From positions 33,146 to 97,145 of the forward strand of contig JBFKFP010000001.1 in assembly GCA_041618535.1 (NCBI GenBank): 64,000 nucleotides of DNA, given 5' to 3'. This document shows positions 26,839 to 37,886 of this stretch, one piece after another (the stretch's first letter is position 1; each line of letters starts with the position of its first letter). The notes beneath the pieces were generated by a model, which saw only the letters and a list, made by a program, of their open reading frames with translations, ran no database searches and was not told where the DNA came from. A program made the translations under genes and the position numbers. The stretch is from Flavobacteriaceae bacterium (GTDB lineage Bacteria; Bacteroidota; Bacteroidia; Flavobacteriales; Flavobacteriaceae).

Positions 26839-27741
26839 ATGTCTATACAGGTTGAGGGTATAACAAAGAATTACGGCAGTCAGAAGGCATTAGATGATGT
26901 TTCCTTTTCAATTGGAAAAAATGAAATCGTCGGCTTTCTCGGACCCAATGGAGCGGGGAAATCTACGATGATGAAAATATTGACCACCTATCTCAAAGCT
27001 GATTCCGGCCTGGCACGGGTGAATGATTTCGATGTCAATTCCGATCAAAAAAAGGTGCAGCAGAAAATAGGATACCTGCCCGAGCACAATCCTCTTTACC
27101 TGGATATGTACGTTCGTGAATATCTAGGGTTCAGCTGCGATATCTATGGTGTTGATAAATCACGGATCGAAGAGGTGTTAGGCCTGACCGGACTAAAAAG
27201 TGAGTCGCATAAAACCATTCAGCAACTGTCAAAAGGATATCGTCAGCGCGTGGGATTGGCTAATGCCTTGCTGCACGATCCTGAGGTCTTGATCCTGGAC
27301 GAGCCAACTACAGGGCTTGATCCCAACCAGATACTCGAGATCAGGGACCTTATAAGAAGTATTGGAAAATCGAAAACTGTTTTCCTGTCAACACATATCA
27401 TGCAAGAAGTGGAAGCGATGTGTGATCGAGTCATCATTATTAACAAAGGTGAGATTGTGGCTGATTCCAATCTGGCAGACCTCAAGGGTGACGAGGCACA
27501 GGTAATAGTAGTTGAGTTCGATTACAGGGTAGAAGAGCAGTTCCTGAAAAACCTGCCCAAAGCAAAAACTGTCAGAAATACCCACGATTTTATTTATGAG
27601 ATCACGTTTAAAGGGGATAAGGATATGCGCTCATCGGTCTTTGATTTTGCCCACGACAACAAATTAAAAATCCTTCAGCTTTACCAGAAAAATAAAAGCC
27701 TGGAAGAGCTTTTTATTCAACTTACCGGCGATCAATCCTGA
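26839..27741 (+). CDS. gldA: Gliding-motility-associated ABC transporter ATP-binding protein GldA
   Basis: Walker A GPNGAGKST, signature LSKGYRQR and Walker B LILDEP. The N-terminus MSIQVEGITKNYG.. closely resembles flavobacterial GldA as I remember it. The Met at 26839 is preferred over 26812. Confidence 0.6.
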   Translation: MSIQVEGITKNYGSQKALDDVSFSIGKNEIVGFLGPNGAGKSTMMKILTTYLKADSGLARVNDFDVNSDQKKVQQKIGYLPEHNPLYLDMYVREYLGFSCDIYGVDKSRIEEVLGLTGLKSESHKTIQQLSKGYRQRVGLANALLHDPEVLILDEPTTGLDPNQILEIRDLIRSIGKSKTVFLSTHIMQEVEAMCDRVIIINKGEIVADSNLADLKGDEAQVIVVEFDYRVEEQFLKNLPKAKTVRNTHDFIYEITFKGDKDMRSSVFDFAHDNKLKILQLYQKNKSLEELFIQLTGDQS

Positions 27742-28484
27742 AAGATCAATTGCCCGGTATAAAATTCCTGAACATCTACTAATGGCGGAAGGTTTATTGA
27801 AATCAAATCTCCGGTGCTCCTTAATTCCCCGCTAAGCGATTGAACAGGGTTAACGATCATATCATTGCTCCCACGGTGAAATACCTGAACCCTCTGAGCC
27901 TCCAGGCCGGCTCCCTCAAAACGGCCGTCACCGGAAAAGAAGCCTATCGAGAGCTGATCCACAGTTCCGTTGAGGTAAAAACTCGAGATATTGTTAGAAA
28001 CAACCTGAATCCTGTTGCAGTTCAGGCTCAGCCTGAAATCGCCAACATTAAAACTGTCCGGATCATTAAAATCCTCTGAATTAAGCACGAGGTTTTCAAA
28101 GTTAAGGGTCTGTAAAGATCTTACCTCGTATTGTGAAGAGTTTCGGATTTCCGAAAGGTCGGGCGTGGTTATATATACTTTGGTCAGGCCATAATCCCTC
28201 ACAAAATTGCAGCTGTTTTTATCTGAAAGCTGAAGCTGATCTCCGGTAACTTTTATTTCAATATCGCCAACCAAATTCTCACCGGTCTCAACCCGCACGC
28301 TGTGATTATCGGCCTGACTGATAAATAATTGAATATCCCGATTCACAATCACCCGTTCAAAGAAAGGGGTTTCAACCTCAAATTCAATGGTCGGGCCAGC
28401 TGTCTGAATGCAATCCCAGGCATTCTCCTTATCGCAGCCAAACAATAAAAATATCATCGATATAATCAAAAATCTTCTCCTCAT
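27732..28484 (-). CDS. Lipoprotein with DUF2807-like (putative adhesin head, beta-helix) domain
   Basis: 250 aa with the lipobox LLFGC. Repetitive beta-strand pattern (V.V..G.N.V...I...V.GD.L.L). Confidence 0.5.
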   Translation of the reverse strand: MRRRFLIISMIFLLFGCDKENAWDCIQTAGPTIEFEVETPFFERVIVNRDIQLFISQADNHSVRVETGENLVGDIEIKVTGDQLQLSDKNSCNFVRDYGLTKVYITTPDLSEIRNSSQYEVRSLQTLNFENLVLNSEDFNDPDSFNVGDFRLSLNCNRIQVVSNNISSFYLNGTVDQLSIGFFSGDGRFEGAGLEAQRVQVFHRGSNDMIVNPVQSLSGELRSTGDLISINLPPLVDVQEFYTGQLIFQD

Positions 28485-29575
28485 AACCTTACACCTATTC
28501 CAAATTCAACTGCTTCCGCCTTGGCGGCATGAGATTTCAGCGTTACAGCGGCGAACCACTTATTGCTGAAATAATAATTCAGGCCTATTCTCTGGTACGT
28601 CCTTCCCTCAAAATCAAAGGGATAATAGATATAGTAACCAAGCTGAGTAATCAGGCTTAATCTATTGATAAAAAGCTCATGACCTATAAAAACTCCAACC
28701 CTTTTATAATCGGTATCACGATCAACACCATTTTCTGGAAAGGCCACCGCAGAATATCGAATAAGTTCTTTCAGAAAGTTTGAGAAAAATAAGTCACCTC
28801 CCAGTTGAAATGCGCTTTTATGGTTAACTCTCTTATCGGCATATGCTGAAAAGATGTAGAATGGAAATTGCCCGCTGCCAACTACATCACTCTCATTTAC
28901 CCCACTTCTGAGCACTAAATTATAACGAACAGCTTCTGTAAATTTCTCATCTGCCGAAAGATCATAAACATATTCCTTTTCAGCAGAATTCAGATCGTAG
29001 ATGATCCCGATGTTCGCCGTGATTGAATTGACACTGGTATTTGGTGCTTTAACATTGGCGTTGGAATAGTGAATCATGCTTAGCCCTGCCTGGAAGCCGA
29101 ACCTGTCAAAAATCCTTTCGAGCCTGTAATTCACCATGGCATAAGTGCTGCTCATAATCTTTGATCCAAAAGCATTATTCCTTGGGTTTTCAAGCTTGTT
29201 GTACGGATTGGTGGTCAGTGCTAACCCCTGCCCGATCCTGAACATCAGTTTACGGTTCAGAAAATAAAAATTGAAATGGCCATAAAGACCAAAATTCTTA
29301 CCAAGCTCCTTCGTTTTCAGGTTTTGATAACTCGCAGAAATTCCAAAATCGGGGTAATTAAATCGCTGGTGCCATGCCTGTTCACCGAAAGTCTTTTTAT
29401 TCCAACTTAAAATGAGTCCTTCAGGATGCCCGGTAATCAGGTGTAAAATACCATCGTTATGCAATGCAATGTTACCTTTGAAATAGTTGACTTCGATACT
29501 GCTATGAATCTCCTCATTCTGAGACATAACATGCTGAATGACGCATAGCAGCACGACTGATAAGAAATATCGCAT
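28481..29575 (-). CDS. Outer-membrane acyloxyacyl hydrolase / PagL-like lipid A deacylase family protein
   Basis: 364 aa with a signal peptide and a beta-barrel strand pattern. It resembles the flavobacterial family annotated as acyloxyacyl hydrolase; this is from memory only. Confidence 0.4.
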   Translation of the reverse strand: MRYFLSVVLLCVIQHVMSQNEEIHSSIEVNYFKGNIALHNDGILHLITGHPEGLILSWNKKTFGEQAWHQRFNYPDFGISASYQNLKTKELGKNFGLYGHFNFYFLNRKLMFRIGQGLALTTNPYNKLENPRNNAFGSKIMSSTYAMVNYRLERIFDRFGFQAGLSMIHYSNANVKAPNTSVNSITANIGIIYDLNSAEKEYVYDLSADEKFTEAVRYNLVLRSGVNESDVVGSGQFPFYIFSAYADKRVNHKSAFQLGGDLFFSNFLKELIRYSAVAFPENGVDRDTDYKRVGVFIGHELFINRLSLITQLGYYIYYPFDFEGRTYQRIGLNYYFSNKWFAAVTLKSHAAKAEAVEFGIGVRL

Positions 29576-29610
29576 TCTGATGATTTACGGGGCTAAATTT
29601 AATACTTTAA

Positions 29611-30567
29611 TCAAAACACTTCCTTTGCGATCGCCTTGATATTGTCACTTCTTCCCATGGAATAATAATGCAGGACAGGAATTCCTGCAGCTTTTAGTTC
29701 TTTTGACTGGGCCACGCACCATTCAATTCCCAATTGGCGAACAGCATTGTTATCAGCACATTTTACAACCTCCATGATCAGCTCCTGAGGAAGGTCTACA
29801 TTGAACCGATGAGGAATAAGGTTGAGTTGTTTCCTGGTTGCAATAGGCTTTAAGCCGGGAATAATAGGTACGGTGATCCCAGCCCCCCTGCACTTCTCAA
29901 CAAAATCAAAATATTTCTTGTTATTGAAGAACATTTGAGTCACGATGTATCTCGCCCCTTTTTTGATCTTCTTTTTTAAGAAATGTATATCGCTATCGAG
30001 GCTTGGTGCTTCAAGGTGCTTCTCAGGGTAACCTGCAACGCCGATGCAGAAGTCTGTTTTGGAAGTATTCAGTAATTCCTCGTCCAGGTAATGTCCCTGG
30101 TTCAGGTCCTGGATCTGGGAAACCAGGTCACTTGCATATTGATTTCCGTCCTTTTCCGGCCTGAAGTAAGTCTCACTTTTCACAGGATCACCTCTCAGGG
30201 CCATCACATTCTGAATTCCGAGAAAATCAAGGTCGATCAGGAAATTTTCGGTATCCTCTTTCGTAAACCCGCCACAAAGGATATGAGGAATAGCATCTAC
30301 CTGGTATTTGTTCTGAATAGCCGCACAGATACCAACAGTTCCAGGCCGTTTCTTCACTACCTGTTTCCTCAGCAGTCCGTTGTCGAGCTCCTTATACACA
30401 TATTCCTCGCGATGATAGGTTACGTCAATAAAAGGGGGATTGAATTCCATCAACGGATCGATATTGTCAAAAATTGACTGGATATGCTGCCCTTTCAGGG
30501 GCGGGAGAATCTCAAAAGAGAAAAGTGTACTCCCGTTCGCCTGTTCAATATGTTCGGTTACTTTCAT
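29611..30567 (-). CDS. metF: 5,10-methylenetetrahydrofolate reductase
   Basis: 318 aa with MetF-like motifs (FSFEILPP, ITVPIIPGLKPI). It is the last gene of the met operon. Confidence 0.9.
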   Translation of the reverse strand: MKVTEHIEQANGSTLFSFEILPPLKGQHIQSIFDNIDPLMEFNPPFIDVTYHREEYVYKELDNGLLRKQVVKKRPGTVGICAAIQNKYQVDAIPHILCGGFTKEDTENFLIDLDFLGIQNVMALRGDPVKSETYFRPEKDGNQYASDLVSQIQDLNQGHYLDEELLNTSKTDFCIGVAGYPEKHLEAPSLDSDIHFLKKKIKKGARYIVTQMFFNNKKYFDFVEKCRGAGITVPIIPGLKPIATRKQLNLIPHRFNVDLPQELIMEVVKCADNNAVRQLGIEWCVAQSKELKAAGIPVLHYYSMGRSDNIKAIAKEVF

Positions 30568-30573
30568 AGTTTT

Positions 30574-33252
30574 TTACTCGCTTAAATTCGGATTGAGCCA
30601 CTTCCTGGCTTCCTCTGTACTGATCTGCCTTCGTTTTGCATAGTCCTTGAGTTGGTCTTCTTTGATCTTACCCAGCCCGAAATATTTGGATTCAGGATGT
30701 GCAAAATAATATCCACTTACGCTGGCAGCCGGCCACATAGCCAGGCTTTCCGTGAGCTTTACCCCGATACGTTCTTCCACATCAAGCAATTTCCAGATTG
30801 TTTGCTTTTCAAGATGATCGGGGCATGCCGGATAACCGGGAGCCGGTCGTATTCCCTTATAATGTTCACGAATAAGTTCTTCATTCGTAAAAGTCTCTTC
30901 TGATGCATAACCCCAGGCCTCCTTGCGTATGAACTCATGAAGGTATTCAGCAAATGCTTCCGCCAACCGGTCTGCCAAGGCTTTGATCATTATGGAATGA
31001 TAATCGTCATGGTCTTCTTCAAATTTTGCTGCTATTTCATCTGTTCCAAATCCGGTCGTCACACAGAAGCATCCCACGTAATCCTCAAGGCCCGTTTCTT
31101 TCGGGGCAACAAAATCGGAAAGTGCCATGTTTGGGACACCTGCCTTCTTTTTTAACTGTTGCCTCAGACTGAGGAATCTCTCAACCTCTTCGGAGTCTTC
31201 GTTGTAAACACAGATGTCATCCCCTTCCGAATTAGATCTGAATATTCCATATACAGCTTTGGCCATAAGCATTTTTTTATCGATCACCCCGTCTAAAAGC
31301 GTTCTGGCATCAGAATATAATTCCGTGGCCTGAGCTCCAACAACCTCGTCCTCCAGGATATCAGGAAAGCGTCCGTACAGGTCCCAACTCCTGAAAAAGG
31401 GCGTCCAGTCGATGTACGCCTTCAGTTTTTCCAGATCGAGATCGTCTATTTGAAAAACCCCTGTCTTTTTTGGTTTTGCCGGATTATAATTATCCCAGTT
31501 GAGTTTTAACCTGTTGGCCCTCGCATCTTGAATACTGAGATAGGATTTCTGTTTGCCACGTTTCAGAAACTGTATTCTGAACTTATCATATTCCTCACGT
31601 ATCTGTTCCTTATAAGTGGCATTGTCCCTTTGAAGAAGGTTCCCCACTATGGTAACAGCACGAGAGGCATCGTTTACATGAACCACAGTGTTGGAATAGT
31701 TAGGTGCTATTTTCACGGCCGCATGGGCCCTTGAGGTTGTGGCACCACCTATTAAAAGAGGAATATCCATGCCCTTGCTCTCCATTTCCTTCGACACATA
31801 AACCATTTCATCAAGGGATGGAGTGATAAGTCCGCTTAGACCGATGATATCAACTTTTTCTTTTTTTGCGGTTTCAATAATTATTTCGGGAGGAACCATG
31901 ACTCCGAGATCGATTATCTCATAGTTGTTACAGCCAAGAACCACGCTTACGATGTTCTTTCCTATATCATGAACATCTCCTTTTACGGTTGCCATGAGGA
32001 CTTTTCCGGCAGAGCGGGCTGAGCCATCCTTCTCTGCTTCGATATATGGCTGCAGATAGGCCACAGCCCTTTTCATGACACGGGCCGATTTGACAACCTG
32101 GGGCAAAAACATCTTCCCACTGCCAAATAAGTCGCCAACCACATTCATCCCGCGCATCAAATGGCCTTCAATGACCTCTATAGGTCTTGAAACCAATTGC
32201 CTGGCCTCTTCAACATCCTCTAAGATGAACTGATCCAGCCCTTTTACGAGGGCGTGGGTAATACGCTCGTCCAATGATGATTTCCTCCATTCAAGTTTTT
32301 CACTTTGCACCTCTTTCTTCTGATCCCTGACAGTCTCTGCGAATTCTAGGAGTCGTTCTGTCGCATCATCACGGCGGTCGAGCAAAACATCCTCCACCCT
32401 ATCAAGAAGATCCTTTGGGATTTCATCATAGACCTCAAGCAAGGCAGGATTTACAATTCCCATATTCATTCCATGCTGGATGGCATGATATAAAAAAGCT
32501 GAGTGCATAGCCTCCCTTACAGCATTATTACCGCGGAATGAAAAGGACACATTACTAACTCCTCCTGAAACCGAGGCGCAGGGTAGGTTTTCACGGATCC
32601 ATCTGGTTGCCTTAAAGAAATCGACTGCATTTTTCCGATGCTCCTCCATGCCGGTGGCTACTGGAAAAATGTTAGGGTCAAAAATGATGTCCTGGGGTGG
32701 AAAACCCACCTGGTCGACCAAAATTCTGTATGAGCGCTCGCAAATCTCAATTCGACGTTCATAGGTGTCAGCCTGACCTTTTTCGTCAAAGGCCATTACG
32801 ATAACCGCAGCCCCATAACGCCTGATCAATTTAGCCTGACGCTTAAATTCTTCTTCACCTTCCTTTAGACTGATGGAATTGACAACGCATTTACCCTGAA
32901 CCACCTTTAGCCCGGCTTCTATGATCTCCCATTTAGAACTGTCGATCATAATTGGGATCCTGGCTATATCAGGTTCAGAAGCTATCAAGTTCAGGAAGGT
33001 GGTCATCGCCTGTACTCCATCCAGCATGCCTTCATCCATATTCACATCGAGTATCTGGGCGCCGCCATCCACCTGGTGTCGCGCCACCTCAAGGGCGTCA
33101 GAAAACTTTTCCTCCTTGATCAGTCGAAGAAACTTGCGTGATCCCGTGACATTCGTCCGTTCACCGATATTGATAAAATTGCTTTCAGGGGTTACGATCA
33201 GGGGTTCCAGCCCGGATAAACTAAGAAAATGGTTACAGGCTGGTGTTTTCAT
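30574..33252 (-). CDS. metH: Cobalamin-dependent methionine synthase, pterin-binding + B12-binding + reactivation domains
   Basis: 892 aa. It starts at the pterin domain ([17 protein letters not shown]), carries the B12 motif [11 protein letters not shown], and has the AdoMet-binding reactivation domain at the C-terminus. Confidence 0.9.
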   Translation of the reverse strand: MKTPACNHFLSLSGLEPLIVTPESNFINIGERTNVTGSRKFLRLIKEEKFSDALEVARHQVDGGAQILDVNMDEGMLDGVQAMTTFLNLIASEPDIARIPIMIDSSKWEIIEAGLKVVQGKCVVNSISLKEGEEEFKRQAKLIRRYGAAVIVMAFDEKGQADTYERRIEICERSYRILVDQVGFPPQDIIFDPNIFPVATGMEEHRKNAVDFFKATRWIRENLPCASVSGGVSNVSFSFRGNNAVREAMHSAFLYHAIQHGMNMGIVNPALLEVYDEIPKDLLDRVEDVLLDRRDDATERLLEFAETVRDQKKEVQSEKLEWRKSSLDERITHALVKGLDQFILEDVEEARQLVSRPIEVIEGHLMRGMNVVGDLFGSGKMFLPQVVKSARVMKRAVAYLQPYIEAEKDGSARSAGKVLMATVKGDVHDIGKNIVSVVLGCNNYEIIDLGVMVPPEIIIETAKKEKVDIIGLSGLITPSLDEMVYVSKEMESKGMDIPLLIGGATTSRAHAAVKIAPNYSNTVVHVNDASRAVTIVGNLLQRDNATYKEQIREEYDKFRIQFLKRGKQKSYLSIQDARANRLKLNWDNYNPAKPKKTGVFQIDDLDLEKLKAYIDWTPFFRSWDLYGRFPDILEDEVVGAQATELYSDARTLLDGVIDKKMLMAKAVYGIFRSNSEGDDICVYNEDSEEVERFLSLRQQLKKKAGVPNMALSDFVAPKETGLEDYVGCFCVTTGFGTDEIAAKFEEDHDDYHSIMIKALADRLAEAFAEYLHEFIRKEAWGYASEETFTNEELIREHYKGIRPAPGYPACPDHLEKQTIWKLLDVEERIGVKLTESLAMWPAASVSGYYFAHPESKYFGLGKIKEDQLKDYAKRRQISTEEARKWLNPNLSE

Positions 33253-34253
33253 TGAACGAGTACATTCAATTTCCGGGGTTCAACATCCTTGCACATATCG
33301 GCAATCACTTTGATATGATCTGGTGTGGTACCACAGCAACCCCCGATAATGTTAACCAGGCCTTCTTCCAGATACTCCCTGATCAAATCCCCCATCTCAA
33401 CCGGAGATTGATCGTACTTGCCAAAGGCATTCGGAAGGCCTGCATTTGGATGAGCCGAGGTGTAAAAATCGGTTTTCACGGACAAACGTTTTACATACGG
33501 CTTCAATTGTTCCGCCCCCAGCGCACAATTAAAACCGATACTCAACAATGGTAAATGAGAAATCGAGATCAGGAAGGCCTCTACCGTCTGACCCGATAAA
33601 GTTCTCCCGGAAGCATCTGTAATCGTGCCGGATACCATAACAGGAATTGTGCTTTTTCGTTCTTCCTTTACCTCATCTATAGCGAATAATGCTGCTTTAG
33701 CATTAAGTGTGTCAAAAATAGTCTCAACAAGAAGAATATCCACACCCCCATCAATAAGAGCCTCGGTTTGCTCCTTGTAGGCAATCCTTAGCTGATCAAA
33801 GTTTATAGCTCTGAATTCGGGCCTGTTCACGTCTGGAGACAAACTGGCCGTACGATTGGTGGGCCCGATGCTTCCGGCTACAAAACGCGGATTTGTCGGG
33901 TTTTGAATATTGAATTCATCAGTAACCTCCTTAGCCAGCCGGGCCGATTCAAAATTCAACTCGTATACCAGGTCCTCCATTTCATAATCAGCCATGGCGA
34001 TAGATGTTCCGGAGAAAGTGTTTGTTTCTATGATATCTGCTCCCGCCTCAAGATATTGCCGGTGAATGGATTTTATCGCATCTGGCTGGGTTAGAGAGAG
34101 TAAATCATTGTTTCCTTTTAATGACAGATGAAAATCTTTGAATCGCTCGCCTCTGTAATCCTCTTCTTCGAAATTGTACCGCTGCAACATGGTTCCCATG
34201 GCACCATCAAGAACAAGAATTTTAGTTTTTAATTTTTCGTATATACTATACAT
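33249..34253 (-). CDS. metH: Homocysteine S-methyltransferase domain protein (N-terminal module of split MetH)
   Basis: 334 aa with the zinc/Hcy-binding motifs ([16 protein letters not shown]). Its stop overlaps the next ORF's ATG (ATGA). Confidence 0.85.
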   Translation of the reverse strand: MYSIYEKLKTKILVLDGAMGTMLQRYNFEEEDYRGERFKDFHLSLKGNNDLLSLTQPDAIKSIHRQYLEAGADIIETNTFSGTSIAMADYEMEDLVYELNFESARLAKEVTDEFNIQNPTNPRFVAGSIGPTNRTASLSPDVNRPEFRAINFDQLRIAYKEQTEALIDGGVDILLVETIFDTLNAKAALFAIDEVKEERKSTIPVMVSGTITDASGRTLSGQTVEAFLISISHLPLLSIGFNCALGAEQLKPYVKRLSVKTDFYTSAHPNAGLPNAFGKYDQSPVEMGDLIREYLEEGLVNIIGGCCGTTPDHIKVIADMCKDVEPRKLNVLVQ

Positions 34254-35427
34254 GTTTTAAAGCCTGGTCCAGGTCATTTATGATATCTTCAATATGTTCC
34301 AAACCGACCGAGACCCTGACGAGTCCGTCGGTAATTCCAACTTCCAATCGATCATTCTCCTCCAATTTACTATGCGTTGTGGATGCGGGGTGTGTTACAA
34401 TTGTCCGGCAATCACCGAGGTTAGCTGTTAGCGAAGCTAATTTAATATTATTCAGAAATTTCCTTCCTGCCTGTATTCCACCTTTTATCTCAAATGCCAG
34501 AATGCTTCCTCCTTTTTTCATTTGATTGTGTGCTATATCATATTTTGGGTGGGACCTGAGGAATGGATACCGGACCTTTGATACCGAATCGTGCGACTCA
34601 AGGAATTCAGCCAACTTCAAGGCGTTGTCACAATGCCTGTCAACCCTGACATGCAAGGTTTCGAGGCTTTTTGATAGTATCCAGGCATTGAAAGGAGATA
34701 GAGCCGGGCCTGTATTCCTCGAAAAAAGATAGATTTCATCAATAAGCTCGGCCCTTCCAACCACCGCACCTCCGAGCACCCTTCCCTGGCCGTCTATCAA
34801 TTTGGTGGCAGAATGAAGAACCAGGTCAGCACCATACTTGATAGGCTGCTGCAGATAGGGTGTCGCAAAACAGTTATCGATTATCAGGATCAGGCTATGC
34901 CTTGATGCGATCTCTGAAAGATAGGAAAGGTCCAGGATATCAACTGCCGGATTGGTTGGTGTTTCGGCATATAAGATTTTAGTGTTCGGTTGAATCAATT
35001 CCTCGATAGTATGGGGTTCATCAACCTTGAAATAAGAGGTGGAAATATTCCATTTCGGCAAATATTTCATAAACAAGGTATGCGTTGATCCGAATACCGA
35101 GCGCGCAGAAACTATATGATCTCCTGAATTCAGAAGGCAGGCAAAGGTTGAGAAAATTGCTGCCATCCCCGTGGCAAATGCAAAGCCTGATTCTGCACCT
35201 TCCATGATGCACAGCTTATCGATAAACTCTGATGTATTAGGATTAGTAAACCGGCTGTAGGTATTGCGCTGTACCTCATCTGCGAACGCGGCCCTCATCT
35301 CTTCGGCATCCTCAAAAACGAAACTCGAGGTCAGAAATAAGGGATTTGAATGTTCCTGATACGGAGTCCTCTCTAATTGAGCCCGAATAGCGCCTGTTTC
35401 AAAATGAAATTTTTCTTTTTCGGCCAT
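34246..35427 (-). CDS. Trans-sulfuration family PLP enzyme (O-succinyl/acetyl-homoserine sulfhydrylase, MetZ-like)
   Basis: 393 aa with the Cys/Met-metabolism PLP motif (HSATKLIDG) and YSRFTNPNT. Confidence 0.8.
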   Translation of the reverse strand: MAEKEKFHFETGAIRAQLERTPYQEHSNPLFLTSSFVFEDAEEMRAAFADEVQRNTYSRFTNPNTSEFIDKLCIMEGAESGFAFATGMAAIFSTFACLLNSGDHIVSARSVFGSTHTLFMKYLPKWNISTSYFKVDEPHTIEELIQPNTKILYAETPTNPAVDILDLSYLSEIASRHSLILIIDNCFATPYLQQPIKYGADLVLHSATKLIDGQGRVLGGAVVGRAELIDEIYLFSRNTGPALSPFNAWILSKSLETLHVRVDRHCDNALKLAEFLESHDSVSKVRYPFLRSHPKYDIAHNQMKKGGSILAFEIKGGIQAGRKFLNNIKLASLTANLGDCRTIVTHPASTTHSKLEENDRLEVGITDGLVRVSVGLEHIEDIINDLDQALKHV

Positions 35428-35444
35428 ATTGAATTATAATTGCC

Positions 35445-36461
35445 TCAACTTGCTTTTAGTTTCTCATGTGCAGGCTTCGCTTCCCGCGCCTTGAACACAG
35501 GCTCAAGAATGCCGGCCAATTGCTCATATTCAATTAAAAATGCATCATGACCGTGAATAGATTTGATCTCATTAAAGGTTACATCATCCCTAAACCGGGA
35601 CAGGCTCGTAAATGTACTCCGGTTCTCATTGGCCTTGAACAATAAATCGGAGTTGATGGACACTATGTGAATCTCGGATTCAATGCTTTGCGCTACTCTC
35701 ATGAATGTATTGTTCCCCTGGGTAATGTCGATGGTCTTCAGCAGTTGATTCATAATTTTATAAGCCTGAAGATAAAATCTTTCATCTATCTTCCTGGCGT
35801 GATGTTTCAGCCAGCTTTCAACATTGTATAAACCCGATTCTTTTTTAGTTCGTCTAAACTTTTGTTTGAACGACTCCGGTGTTCTGTACAGGGTCATGGC
35901 ATGCTGACGGGCATCCGCAAGACCGTTCACTGAATTATTCAGGATATTGTCCTGGATAAAACAATTGGCTATAAGCCAATCTGTAGATTTCCAGTCGCAG
36001 GCTATAGGTATAATCTTCTCGATGAGCTTAGGTCTAAGGGCAGAAAGTTCCCATACAAGTCCGCCACCAACCGATCCACCTATAGCCGCATAAAGCTTAT
36101 CGATGTTTAAATAATCAAGGCCAAGTGCGAATATGGCTGCTATATCTCTTGCGATATAGTTCCTGTAGTCCTCTATCAGGTTCTCTTTCTTTCCGTCAAA
36201 ACCATTTCCCGGCACATTAAATGCCAGGACGGTGAATCTTTGGGTATCGATACATTTTCCATTCCCTATAAGGTCTTTCCACCAGCCGTCTTCACCAGCT
36301 ACATTTGAATTTCCTGTTAGTGCGTGAATAACCAGCACAACTGGAGCCTCACCAAGCTTCCTGCCGAAGGTCTGGTAGGATAATTCCAAAGAAATCGTCC
36401 TACCAGCTGCGGTCCTGAAATTCTTTATCTCTATAAAGGATAAGGCCTTCATAAGGTTCAT
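35445..36461 (-). CDS. metX: Homoserine O-acetyltransferase
   Basis: Alpha/beta hydrolase with the nucleophile motif GGSVGG and a MetX-like N-terminus. The internal Met at 36461 is preferred because the track start at 36548 overlaps metY by 74 nt. Confidence 0.85.
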   Translation of the reverse strand: MNLMKALSFIEIKNFRTAAGRTISLELSYQTFGRKLGEAPVVLVIHALTGNSNVAGEDGWWKDLIGNGKCIDTQRFTVLAFNVPGNGFDGKKENLIEDYRNYIARDIAAIFALGLDYLNIDKLYAAIGGSVGGGLVWELSALRPKLIEKIIPIACDWKSTDWLIANCFIQDNILNNSVNGLADARQHAMTLYRTPESFKQKFRRTKKESGLYNVESWLKHHARKIDERFYLQAYKIMNQLLKTIDITQGNNTFMRVAQSIESEIHIVSINSDLLFKANENRSTFTSLSRFRDDVTFNEIKSIHGHDAFLIEYEQLAGILEPVFKAREAKPAHEKLKAS

Positions 36462-36474
36462 GTTTATAATGTGG

Positions 36475-37767
36475 TTACACCTTGATGGTCTCTTTAACCT
36501 TATCAAAAGCCTGCCTGAGGTCCAGTTTAAGATCTTCAATATTCTCAAGACCTACTGATAACCTGATGAGGTCTTTTGATACGCCGGTTGACAACTGATC
36601 CTCATCACTTAGTTGCTGGTGGGTGGTACTGGCAGGGTGGATGATCAATGACTTCGTATCACCGATATTGGCCAAAAGAGAAAATAGCTCGGTTGTATCG
36701 ACAATAGTCTTTGCACTTTCATAGCCACCTACTACCCCAAAAGTCAAAATTCCACTCTGACCCTCTGGCAGGTACTTATCGGCAAGTTCCTTGTAATTAC
36801 TGCTTTCCAATCCCGGATAATTCACCCAGGCAACCTCTTTCTGCTCTTCTAACCACTTCGCCAATTCCAGGGCATTCTCACTATGTTTTTTGATTCTCAC
36901 CTCCAGGGTTTCGAGTCCCTGAATGATCTGAAATGCATTAAACGGACTAAGTGCTCCACCGTAATCACGCAGGCCTTCAATACGGACCTTGGCAATAAAG
37001 GCTGCTGCCTCAAGTGCCTCTGCATAAACCAGTCCGTGATAACCTGGTGAAGGTTCGGTGAATTCCGGGAATTTACCATTGGCCCAGTCAAATGTACCGG
37101 CATCGATGATAGCCCCTCCCAAAGCTGTTCCATTGCCATTTATATATTTGGTGAGAGAGTGAATAACGATATTCGCTCCGTATTTTATCGGATTCAGCAG
37201 ATATGGAGTCGCGACGGTATTATCAACGATCAATGGCACCTTGAATTCCCTTGCTTTTTCTGCGATAGCTTCTATATCCAGAACATCAAGTTTGGGGTTA
37301 CCAAGTGATTCAATGAAGAACACCCGGGTATTTTCTCTGGCTGCCTTTAAAAAATTCTCCGGGTCTGAAGGGTCAACAAAAGTAGTGGTAATACCATGTC
37401 TCGGAAGCGTTACATCCAGTAAATTGTAGCTTCCGCCATAAAGGCTGTTTGACGCTACTATATGATCGCCTGCTCTCAGCAAGGTCAACAAAGTTGTGGA
37501 GGTTGCAGCTGTACCTGAGGCAGTAACCACTGCAGCAATTCCACCCTCAAGAGCAGCCAGCCGTTGCTCCAGGATGTCGTTGGTAGGATTGTTAATCCGG
37601 GTGTAAATGTTTCCGGTTTCCGCCAGGGAAAACAAATTGGCAGCATGTTCGGAGTCGTTAAATACGTAGGCGGTCGATTGGTAGATCGGCACCGCTCTTG
37701 TTCCGGTGTTAGAGGTAACGTCGTGCCCTGAATGCAGAGCTTTTGTGGCAAATTTTTGAGTACTCAT
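36475..37767 (-). CDS. metY: O-acetylhomoserine aminocarboxypropyltransferase (sulfhydrylase)
   Basis: 430 aa with the PLP motif HSLTKYINGNG and YTRINNPT. It is the first gene after the SAM riboswitch. Confidence 0.9.
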   Translation of the reverse strand: MSTQKFATKALHSGHDVTSNTGTRAVPIYQSTAYVFNDSEHAANLFSLAETGNIYTRINNPTNDILEQRLAALEGGIAAVVTASGTAATSTTLLTLLRAGDHIVASNSLYGGSYNLLDVTLPRHGITTTFVDPSDPENFLKAARENTRVFFIESLGNPKLDVLDIEAIAEKAREFKVPLIVDNTVATPYLLNPIKYGANIVIHSLTKYINGNGTALGGAIIDAGTFDWANGKFPEFTEPSPGYHGLVYAEALEAAAFIAKVRIEGLRDYGGALSPFNAFQIIQGLETLEVRIKKHSENALELAKWLEEQKEVAWVNYPGLESSNYKELADKYLPEGQSGILTFGVVGGYESAKTIVDTTELFSLLANIGDTKSLIIHPASTTHQQLSDEDQLSTGVSKDLIRLSVGLENIEDLKLDLRQAFDKVKETIKV

Positions 37768-37850
37768 TTTTCTAATTTTTTGAGTTAATAATTAATTAAA
37801 CCAAAAGTCAAGTGCCTTTTTTGAGGCATTCTTATTAGAAAAATGTTATT

Positions 37851-37882
37851 AAGAAATAAACGAAACCACGAATGGATTTCGC
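37851..37882 (-). terminator. Expression-platform terminator of the SAM-I riboswitch
   Basis: Minus strand reads CGAAA(U)CCA-UUCG-UGGUUUCG (8 bp, one bulge) followed by UUUAUUUCUU. It starts 5 nt after the P1 3' strand. Confidence 0.7.
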
Positions 37883-37886
37883 TTGA

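Noticed and set aside
33249-34253. Split metH interpreted as a pseudogene or sequencing frameshift.
   Set aside because: The break is exactly in the interdomain linker, with a proper ATG overlapping the stop (ATGA) and no loss of conserved residues. I kept it as a finding but did not call it a pseudogene. An indel error cannot be fully excluded without reads.
36462-36548. N-terminal extensions offered by the ORF track for metX (start 36548) and leuB (start 42876). Smaller ones are offered for the mazG-like gene (19611), gldA (26812) and the third DUF1080 gene (62291).
   Set aside because: The extensions overlap the preceding gene by 20-74 nt and precede a Met that begins the conserved N-terminus (for example MKLKIAVLPGDG for LeuB). 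The internal starts were chosen.
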